Sequence record: PQ561396
Direction: 5' to 3' (one strand)
Origin: Escherichia phage Ec1-ASingh
Length of the DNA: 14,626 bases
In this document: positions 6,488 through 12,617 of the stretch, in pieces
Numbering within the stretch: position 1 is the first letter of the stretch
How the letters are laid out: every line of letters starts with the position of its first letter
Position numbers and translations under genes: made by a program
Notes under the pieces: generated by a model
The model's input: only the letters and a program-made list of their open reading frames with translations
The model's database searches: none
Told to the model about the DNA's origin: nothing

Positions 6488-6515
6488 GTAAAAAGAAAGG
6501 GGCGTTAAGCCCCTT
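6485..6515 (-). terminator. rho-independent terminator for the XRE repressor gene; its loop contains that gene's stop codon
   Basis: 7-bp stem 6497-6503 / 6509-6515, loop GTTAA (6504-6508) holding the TAA (revcomp of 6505-6507). U-tract on the minus strand (revcomp of 6485-6496 = TCTTTTTACCTA). No U-tract on the plus strand. Confidence 0.55.
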
Positions 6516-6720
6516 CACCGAACGCCAGCCACTTGGCGTCTACTTCCAGTACTTCCGCCAGTTTAAACAGCGTTGCCGGGCGGACGTCCTGAGTTACCCC
6601 AAGTGTCAGCTGGTTAATTGCGCCCTGGGAAACACCGGCCAGGACAGCCAGACGGCGCTGGGAGATGCCAAGTTCTTTACGGCGTTGTTCTACACGGATG
6701 CCTAGTTCAGATGGTTGCAT
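6505..6720 (-). CDS. XRE-family (Cro/CI-type) helix-turn-helix transcriptional regulator (71 aa)
   Basis: ORF track. LGISQRRLAVLAGVSQGAINQL is a textbook XRE HTH. AAGGAG 8 nt upstream of ATG 6720. Convergent with the primase gene, divergent from the rightward replication operon. Confidence 0.8.
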   Translation of the reverse strand: MQPSELGIRVEQRRKELGISQRRLAVLAGVSQGAINQLTLGVTQDVRPATLFKLAEVLEVDAKWLAFGEGA

Positions 6721-6740
6721 GTCAATTACTCCTTAGTTAG

Positions 6741-6770
6741 TTGATATGTGAATAGTACCATATTAATTAT
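6741..6770 (-). promoter_or_regulatory. operator GAATAG-TACC-ATATTA (6750-6765) over a candidate extended -10 promoter of the XRE repressor gene
   Basis: Minus strand reads TGGTACTAT (TG at 6760-6759, TACTAT at 6757-6752), about 24 nt upstream of the RBS. The -35 is poor. A plus-strand reading (TTGATA 6741-6746, 17 nt, TAATTA) is weak. Confidence 0.4.
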
Positions 6771-6784
6771 TTTAGAAAAGCCCA

Positions 6785-6813
6785 TTGACATGTGAATAGT
6801 TCGCTATTATAGT
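6785..6813 (+). promoter_or_regulatory. sigma70 promoter of the rightward replication operon with operator GAATAG-TTCG-CTATTA (6794-6809) in the spacer
   Basis: TTGACA (6785-6790), 17-nt spacer, TATAGT (6808-6813). GAGGAG at 6831-6836 and ATG at 6845 follow. Confidence 0.55.
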
Positions 6814-6844
6814 TAACCCATACCAAACGAGAGGAGAGAAACAA

Positions 6845-7366
6845 ATGTTAGAGAAATTCTTAGTATTACTGGAACGTTTCGTAGTTGCACATGAACTGAT
6901 TGCTGCGAACAGTGTGAAACCACAAAACAGCAAATCAGTAGGTGAATTAACGGTTGACGTCGCGGTAACGGGGGTAGAAACAGTTAAAAAAGAACTGGCT
7001 AAAGCACTTGAAGAAGTCGAGAAGGCGAAAGAAATCCCGGTGGAAGGCGAAGACATCGTTGACACTAAACCGGCAGAAGAAGAGAAGCCGAAACGCAAGC
7101 CGCGGAAAGCTAAAGTAGAGGAACCTTCGCCAGAGCCGGAAGAAGAGAAAGAAGAAGTCGATTATAAGTCTCTGCGCGACCAGATTCAGGCTATCGACGA
7201 TGCAATTAACGAAGGTCCGAGCGATGCTGCGTGTGATGACTCCGATGAACTGCTGGAAGAGTTCACCGGTAAGAAGATGAAGATTGCCGCAATTAAAGAC
7301 GAAGACCTGGCCGAGTACCTGGAACGCCTGACGGCAATCAAGAACAAGTATTTCGAAGAAGAATAA
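6845..7366 (+). CDS. highly acidic, low-complexity protein (173 aa), first gene of the rightward operon
   Basis: ORF track. Strong RBS. Glu/Asp-rich throughout with interspersed Lys (for example PAEEEKPKRKPRKAKVEEPSPEPEEEKEEVDY and ACDDSDELLEEF). Function unknown. Confidence 0.7.
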   Translation: MLEKFLVLLERFVVAHELIAANSVKPQNSKSVGELTVDVAVTGVETVKKELAKALEEVEKAKEIPVEGEDIVDTKPAEEEKPKRKPRKAKVEEPSPEPEEEKEEVDYKSLRDQIQAIDDAINEGPSDAACDDSDELLEEFTGKKMKIAAIKDEDLAEYLERLTAIKNKYFEEE

Positions 7367-7372
7367 CTATCT

Positions 7373-7393
7373 GGCGGCCTTCGGGCCGCTTTA
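7373..7393 (+). terminator. hairpin with UUCG tetraloop plus a short U-tract (weak or partial intrinsic terminator)
   Basis: Stem GCGGCC (7374-7379) / GGCCGC (7384-7389), loop TTCG, then TTTA. Confidence 0.4.
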
Positions 7394-7409
7394 ACTGAGG
7401 GTCGTAATT

Positions 7410-7682
7410 ATGATTTACCAACTCTACCGCGCCGTTGACAGGCGGGATAACACAGAGGCGTTGTGGCTGTTGCGTGCGCCGTCAGGTGCGCACCAGATGG
7501 AAGAGATGGCGTACTTAGGCAAAGTACCACGGCCTAAAGATATAGGCCGTCACGTGTCGCAGATTAAGCGCACGACTTTCGCCAAACCTGATTTTTATGT
7601 CTTCGAGTCGATGTATGGGTGGGCCATGCACTGCCAGCACCAGACCAGGCATTTAATTGACCAGTGGGAGAACAGAGTATGA
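7410..7682 (+). CDS. hypothetical protein (90 aa)
   Basis: ORF track. GAGGG 9 nt upstream of ATG 7410. Stop TGA 7680-7682 overlaps the ATG (7679) of the nuclease gene. Confidence 0.6.
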   Translation: MIYQLYRAVDRRDNTEALWLLRAPSGAHQMEEMAYLGKVPRPKDIGRHVSQIKRTTFAKPDFYVFESMYGWAMHCQHQTRHLIDQWENRV

Positions 7683-8920
7683 TTTTAAAGGAACGCGGCG
7701 GCAATAACGATGTGCACGCCTTACTGTCGCCGTCAGGTGCTAAAAAGTGGTTAACCTGCGCCGCATCGCTGGCCTGTGAAAAAGATATCCCTAACACGTC
7801 CGGTAAAGCCGCGGTATTAGGTACAGCCATGCACACCATAGCAGAGGTCCATCTAAATCAGTACATCAGAGGCACTGCGCTGCCGTTAGAGCGCGAAGTT
7901 GGCGCTTATGTGCTGGATGAAGGCAAAGGCCAGATTAAGGCACTAATTAGCCCGATGAAAGGCGCTGTCCTGATTACGGCTGACATGATTGAGCAGGTGC
8001 GCAAGTACACCGACTACTGCAAAGCTGTTATCGATGTAGCGACTTACGCCAAGCTGGAAATGCGTGTCAATCTTACTGAGGTATTGCATCCGGGTTACGA
8101 AGGTGTCGAGACGTTCGGAACCGCTGACCTTGTTGCCGTTCAGGAACTGGCTAACACCGACGAGCACATGCTAATTATCGGTGACCTTAAAACCGGGCGA
8201 CATCGTGTCGAAGCGAAAGAAAACAAGCAGCTTATGCTTTACGCTCTCGGTGTTTATCGCCGACTCAAGAGACGTTATAACATCACAGTAGTGCGCCTGG
8301 TCATCTTCCAGCCGTACGCGGGAGGTGCGGCAGAGTGGGACATCTCGGTCGAAGGTCTGGAACTGTTCGCTAAGTTCGCACAGAAACGTGCCCTGTTAGC
8401 GTTAGATGCATATTTCCGCGGTAAGAAGAACCTGAAAGCGTCGGACTTCAGGCCGTCGGTCGATGGTTGCCAGTGGTGCCGGTTCTCAGAACAGTGCGCC
8501 GCGCGTACAAAAACCGTTAACTCTGTACTGGCGGAAGGACTTGAAGACGACTTTGTGCTAGAAATGACGCCGGAGCAACTCGTAGTTGAGTATGAGAAGT
8601 TGCCGCTGTTGCGCCAGCACATCGACAAGGTTGAGAAAGCGATGGCCGCCGCATTGCATTCTGGTAAGAAAGTTCCTGGGTACAAGCTGGTTGAAGGTAA
8701 GACGGGCAATCGTGCGTGGAAAGACGCGGAGAAAGTAACAGAACTCTACGGCGACAAGCTGACTAAAGAAGTGCTCATGACGCCAACCGAAGCTGTTAAA
8801 GTGATACCGGAAGAAGAACTGAAAGACTTCATCGCACGTAAGCCAGGTGCCCCATGCATCGCAAAGGCAGACGACAAACGGCCTGAGTGGAATCAGGTTA
8901 GTGAAGAAGATTTGGGATAA
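7679..8920 (+). CDS. PD-(D/E)XK nuclease with a Cas4/AddB-like four-Cys (Fe-S) cluster (413 aa)
   Basis: ORF track frame 7664..8920, start moved to ATG 7679 (ATGA coupling). N-terminal Cys in SPSGAKKWLTC, nuclease core ADLVAV...IIGDLKTG...QLMLYALG, C-terminal CQWCRFSEQC (C-x2-C-x5-C). Confidence 0.75.
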   Translation: MILKERGGNNDVHALLSPSGAKKWLTCAASLACEKDIPNTSGKAAVLGTAMHTIAEVHLNQYIRGTALPLEREVGAYVLDEGKGQIKALISPMKGAVLITADMIEQVRKYTDYCKAVIDVATYAKLEMRVNLTEVLHPGYEGVETFGTADLVAVQELANTDEHMLIIGDLKTGRHRVEAKENKQLMLYALGVYRRLKRRYNITVVRLVIFQPYAGGAAEWDISVEGLELFAKFAQKRALLALDAYFRGKKNLKASDFRPSVDGCQWCRFSEQCAARTKTVNSVLAEGLEDDFVLEMTPEQLVVEYEKLPLLRQHIDKVEKAMAAALHSGKKVPGYKLVEGKTGNRAWKDAEKVTELYGDKLTKEVLMTPTEAVKVIPEEELKDFIARKPGAPCIAKADDKRPEWNQVSEEDLG

Positions 8921-8924
8921 AGTG

Positions 8925-8953
8925 TTGACACCTGAATAGCGAACTATTATAGT
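8925..8953 (+). promoter_or_regulatory. sigma70 promoter with operator GAATAG-CGAA-CTATTA (8934-8949) in the spacer
   Basis: TGTTGACA (-35 at 8925-8930), 17-nt spacer, TATAGT (8948-8953). Same architecture as 6785-6813. Drives the SSB-like and polymerase genes. Confidence 0.55.
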
Positions 8954-9016
8954 TAAATCACTGGCCGGGCAGTTCCCGGAGTAAACTTAAAATCTAAACT
9001 TAATGAGGGCTGAACT

Positions 9017-9643
9017 GTGGGACTGAAATTAAATCTGCGTAAAGTAAACACTGCATGGGTTAACGTATTCGAACGCGAAAAAGACCGTGAAAACGACGAC
9101 GGCTCAATCACTAAGGGCCAGTACAGCGCGACTATCATCCTGCCGTCTGACCATGCTCAAATCGACGCACTCTACGACACAGTTTACGCTGTAGTTGAGG
9201 AAGCGTTAGGTGCAGCTGCCGCCGAGAAGTGGATGAAGTCCAACTACGGCGAAGGAAAGCACATGGATAAATGCGCGATTAAAGACATTGCCGAGCGCGA
9301 CAATCCGTTTGAAGACTTTCCAGAAGGCTTCTACTTCAAAGCTAAGGCGCAGAAACAGCCACTGATTGTAACCTCTAAAAAAGGTGAGACTCAGGTAGAG
9401 CAGGACTTCAATGTCGACGGCGAACAGATTGAAGGCGAACAGGTTTACAGCGGCTGCGTCGCTAACGTAAGCGTAGAAATCTGGTTCAGTCAGAAATACA
9501 AAGTTCTCGGTGTTAACCTGCTGGCAATTAAATACGTCGGCGAAGGTAAAGCGTTTGGCGGTTCTAAAGTCGCCGCAAGCGTCAATGACCTGGAAGACGA
9601 CGAAGAAGATGAAGCGCCGCGCCGCGAGCGTCGCCGCCGTTAA
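9017..9643 (+). CDS. putative single-stranded-DNA-binding protein (208 aa), of the kind found next to Fe-S nucleases and family-A polymerases in phage replication modules
   Basis: ORF track, GTG start with GAGGG 7 nt upstream. Acidic C-terminal region DLEDDEEDEA then RRERRRR. Function inferred mainly from gene order and composition. Confidence 0.6.
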   Translation: MGLKLNLRKVNTAWVNVFEREKDRENDDGSITKGQYSATIILPSDHAQIDALYDTVYAVVEEALGAAAAEKWMKSNYGEGKHMDKCAIKDIAERDNPFEDFPEGFYFKAKAQKQPLIVTSKKGETQVEQDFNVDGEQIEGEQVYSGCVANVSVEIWFSQKYKVLGVNLLAIKYVGEGKAFGGSKVAASVNDLEDDEEDEAPRRERRRR

Positions 9644-9662
9644 TATCTGAATCAATTTAACT

Positions 9663-9686
9663 AAGGCCCTTCATTGGGCCTTTTTA
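9663..9686 (+). terminator. rho-independent terminator after the SSB-like gene
   Basis: 7-bp stem 9663-9669 / 9676-9682 (AAGGCCC / GGGCCTT), 6-nt loop, then TTTTT (9681-9685). Confidence 0.6.
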
Positions 9687-9704
9687 CTAAGGGTCGAAAA
9701 TAAT

Positions 9705-11906
9705 ATGAGTTACCTGTTCTTAGACTTTGAAACATTCTCCGAAGCCGATTTGAAGAAAGTCGGCTCCTACGCTTACGCCGAACACCCGTCAACCGAAGTG
9801 CTCATCTGTACCTATGCCTTTGACGACGAGCCTGTGCAGGTATGGGATTGCACCGACGGCAGCGACATGCCAGGCGATTTGCACCGCGCACTGCGTCGTC
9901 TGGTTAAACCGAACAGCCGCATCAAGATGGTATGGCACAACGGTGGACTTTTCGACAGGCTCATCATGAAGCACTGCTGGGGCTTTGATATTCCGGTAAG
10001 CAACACCATTGATACGATGATTTGGGCTTTTCGCCACGCGCTGCCTGGGTCGCTCGATGCGTTGTGCGAAGTGCTGGGCGTATCAGCGGACAATGCGAAG
10101 GATAAACGCGGCAAGGCTCTGATTCAGCGTTTTTCTAAACCAACGCCGAAGAACTACAAAATACGTCGCTACACCGCCGAAACACACCCGGACGAGTGGG
10201 CACTGTTCATCAAGTACGCCGTGAGCGACATCACCGCGATGCGTGAAGTCTTCCATAAGCTGCCGCGTTGGGGTAACTCAGAATTCGAGGACCGTGTACT
10301 GGAGCTGGACCAGTTAATCAATGACCGGGGGTTTAAGGTCGACGTTGTGCTGGCGGAAGCTGCGATTGAAGCCGTGGAAAAACACAAAGCGCAGTTACAG
10401 GAAGAAGCCCAACGAAAATACGGCGGCTCGCTTACTGGTAAGGACTTTCTGCCGATTCTGCGTGAGCTTGCCCCGGCGCACCGCATCCACAATGCGCAGA
10501 AGTCGACGCTTAATGACCTGCTTTCGGATGATGATTTACCCGACGACGCGCGCACAATTATCGAAATGCGCCTCGGGGCCGCGTCCACCGCATCAACGAA
10601 ATATAACCCTCTGCTGTTGGGCCGCTCGTCGGACGACCGCCGCCGCGGTTGTTTACAGTACGGCGGTGCAAAACGTACTCTGCGATGGGCGGGTAAAGGC
10701 TTCCAGCCGCAGAACCTGGCGCGCGGGTACTATCACGATGAGGAACTTGATAAAGGCATTTCAGCGTTACTTAAGGGTCGTGCACACCGCCGTTTTGATG
10801 TAGCCAAGCTGACGGCATCGACGGTCCGTAGCTGCATCATACCGGAAGCCGGGCACAAGTTTGTCGTAGCTGATTACTCTAACGTCGAAGGTCGTGGGTT
10901 AGCGTGGTTAGCAGGAGAAGAAACCGCGCTCGATACGTTCCGTGCCGGACTGGATATTTACTGTGTAACCGCAGGTAAGATGTTTGGCATGGACCCCGAC
11001 GATATTAAGAAAAACTTTAAGGAAATCAGACAGATAGGCAAAGCATGCGAACTGGGTCTCGGCTACGAGGGCGGCGTCGGAGCGTTCGTTACGTTTGCTA
11101 AAAACCTAGGTCTTGACCTTATTGAGATGGCAAAAACAATGGACGGGACTTTCCCCGACCACATCTGGGCTGCTACCGCACGTGGGTATGAGTGGGCGCG
11201 TATTCAGGAAGCCAAGCGACCACCGCATCCCGGTGAAAAGGATGACCGACCATCATATATTCTGGACAAGAAAGTGTGGCGCACATGTGATGCAATCAAG
11301 CGTATGTGGCGCGAGTCACACCCGGAAACAGTAGCGTTCTGGCGCGACCTTAAAGACGGAATTTTAGCCGCTGTTCGTAATCCTGGTCGTGAATTTTGGG
11401 CCGGGGCACACTTGCGCCGGAATGGTGAAAGGGCTATCCGCATATGGCGTACCGTAGAATCTGATTCGTCGGGCAGGAAGGTTCCTGGCTGGTGGTTGTG
11501 TATGGAGTTGCCGTCAGGCCGTATCCTCTCGTATCCGGGAATCGGCGTTAGTGTGACAAAGGAAACAGACGAAGACGGGCGGGTAAATACGAATGTGCGA
11601 ATCAAGTATCAGGGCGAAAACCAGTTAACCCGTCAATGGACTACCCTGTACACACACGGCGGCAAAGCCTGCGAAAACATTGTTCAGGCGCTGTGCCGTG
11701 ATTTACTCGCATATGCGATGATTAATGTTGAGGGTGGCGGGTATCCCATCGTGCTTTCGGTACACGATGAACTGGTATGTGAAACTCCAGATACGCCTGA
11801 TTACACGGTACATGATTTGGAAAAATTAATGTGCGCGTTGCCTGAGTGGGCAGAAGGCTTCCCTCTTGTAGCGGAAGGTGCGGAGATGAAGCGCTATGCT
11901 AAGTAA
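9705..11906 (+). CDS. family-A DNA polymerase with 3'-5' proofreading exonuclease, no 5' nuclease domain (733 aa)
   Basis: ORF track. Exo I LFLDFETFS, Exo II MVWHNGGLFD, Exo III YAVSDITAM. Pol motif A VVADYSNVEGRGLAWLAG, motif B RQIGKACELGLGYEGG, motif C LSVHDELV. Confidence 0.9.
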   Translation: MSYLFLDFETFSEADLKKVGSYAYAEHPSTEVLICTYAFDDEPVQVWDCTDGSDMPGDLHRALRRLVKPNSRIKMVWHNGGLFDRLIMKHCWGFDIPVSNTIDTMIWAFRHALPGSLDALCEVLGVSADNAKDKRGKALIQRFSKPTPKNYKIRRYTAETHPDEWALFIKYAVSDITAMREVFHKLPRWGNSEFEDRVLELDQLINDRGFKVDVVLAEAAIEAVEKHKAQLQEEAQRKYGGSLTGKDFLPILRELAPAHRIHNAQKSTLNDLLSDDDLPDDARTIIEMRLGAASTASTKYNPLLLGRSSDDRRRGCLQYGGAKRTLRWAGKGFQPQNLARGYYHDEELDKGISALLKGRAHRRFDVAKLTASTVRSCIIPEAGHKFVVADYSNVEGRGLAWLAGEETALDTFRAGLDIYCVTAGKMFGMDPDDIKKNFKEIRQIGKACELGLGYEGGVGAFVTFAKNLGLDLIEMAKTMDGTFPDHIWAATARGYEWARIQEAKRPPHPGEKDDRPSYILDKKVWRTCDAIKRMWRESHPETVAFWRDLKDGILAAVRNPGREFWAGAHLRRNGERAIRIWRTVESDSSGRKVPGWWLCMELPSGRILSYPGIGVSVTKETDEDGRVNTNVRIKYQGENQLTRQWTTLYTHGGKACENIVQALCRDLLAYAMINVEGGGYPIVLSVHDELVCETPDTPDYTVHDLEKLMCALPEWAEGFPLVAEGAEMKRYAK

Positions 11907-12027
11907 ACTGATTATCGCGGTACTGGCGGGATTCGCCGTCGGTGTCTACTGTCACGAGGGGCAATACGGCATGATGGTTGCCGTATTGGGCATGTTCATC
12001 GCAATTTATATGTGGGTGATGGAATGA
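11896..12027 (+). CDS. small ORF (43 aa) with two hydrophobic segments, candidate membrane peptide; not in the ORF track
   Basis: Hand translation: ATG 11896 overlapping the polymerase 3' end, GGAG 10 nt upstream, stop TGA 12025-12027. Product MLSKLIIAVLAGFAVGVYCHEGQYGMMVAVLGMFIAIYMWVME. Confidence 0.3.
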   Translation: MLSKLIIAVLAGFAVGVYCHEGQYGMMVAVLGMFIAIYMWVME

Positions 12028-12122
12028 AAATTTACTGGTTCTATGAAGAAGACTGCCGAATCTGTCCGCGCTGCGGGATTGAGCATACAAAACGTGAGGG
12101 GTGCATAGATGAGTACGCCTGA
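12024..12122 (+). CDS. small ORF (32 aa) with four Cys, possible zinc-ribbon peptide; not in the ORF track
   Basis: ATG 12024 overlaps the upstream TGA (ATGA). Product MKIYWFYEEDCRICPRCGIEHTKREGCIDEYA. Overlaps the VRR-NUC start by 14 nt. No clear RBS, so weak. Confidence 0.2.
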   Translation: MKIYWFYEEDCRICPRCGIEHTKREGCIDEYA

Positions 12123-12414
12123 GGGGCGCGTCCAAAAATACGCAAAAGAGCAATTCGAGGCCATTGGTGGCCTCGTTCGTAAACTTTCCTACGAAAATAG
12201 AGCGGGCGCTCCTGACCTGCTGGTAATTCTCCCTGGCGGCATAGTCTGGTTCGTCGAGGTTAAGAAAGACGAAAACACGAAGCCAGACCCACACCAGCTA
12301 CGGGAGCACGAGCGGATGCGTAAACGGGGCGCAAATGTTTTTGTCGTTGGCTCTATAAAACAGGTTGACGACCTAATAGAGGGCTATTATAGTAGCCACA
12401 CACCAACAATATAA
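12109..12414 (+). CDS. VRR-NUC domain nuclease (101 aa)
   Basis: ORF track. GAGGGG 7 nt upstream. PD-(D/E)XK core GAPDLLVILPGGIVWFVEVKK with downstream Gln (PHQLREHE), the pattern of VRR-NUC proteins. Confidence 0.75.
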   Translation: MSTPEGRVQKYAKEQFEAIGGLVRKLSYENRAGAPDLLVILPGGIVWFVEVKKDENTKPDPHQLREHERMRKRGANVFVVGSIKQVDDLIEGYYSSHTPTI

Positions 12415-12425
12415 GGAATTGAGAA

Positions 12426-12617
12426 ATGAAACACGAATACGACCGCAAACCAGCACGTGACATCGTACCAGGCGACATGATTTTCAACGTTAAGACACGT
12501 CGCCCCGTTGCCGTTGATACGGTGTTCGTTGAGTCGAACGGTAAACTGGTCATCGAAGATGTAACAGGCAATGTTACAGCGTTCGGGCGTAAAGAGTTAG
12601 TTCTGGTGCTGAAATGA
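12426..12617 (+). CDS. hypothetical protein (63 aa)
   Basis: ORF track. AAGGA 8 nt upstream. Stop TGA overlaps the ATG of the helicase gene (12614). Confidence 0.6.
   Translation: MKHEYDRKPARDIVPGDMIFNVKTRRPVAVDTVFVESNGKLVIEDVTGNVTAFGRKELVLVLK

Noticed and set aside
6505-6720. Calling the phage temperate on the basis of the XRE repressor and AlpA-like gene
   Set aside because: No integrase, attachment site or lysogeny-maintenance partner is visible in the window. HTH regulators of both families also occur in virulent phages, so lifestyle is left open.
2005-8949. Possibility that the repeated palindromes form a CRISPR-like array or terminal repeats of a mobile element
   Set aside because: The copies are irregularly spaced over about 7 kb, each is internally palindromic, and five coincide with promoter -35/-10 elements. 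That pattern fits operators, not CRISPR repeats or transposon ends.
7564-11605. Antisense and out-of-frame ORFs within the nuclease, SSB-like and polymerase genes (7564..7839, 8275..8709, 9206..9655, 9812..10114, 10169..10588, 10321..10803, 11204..11605)
   Set aside because: Each lies inside a gene with strong motif support, with no independent translational signals.
11899-12294. 131-aa minus-strand ORF spanning the polymerase / VRR-NUC junction
   Set aside because: Antisense to the VRR-NUC gene and the two small plus-strand ORFs. No promoter or RBS. The minus strand has no other genes in the right half except the XRE repressor.
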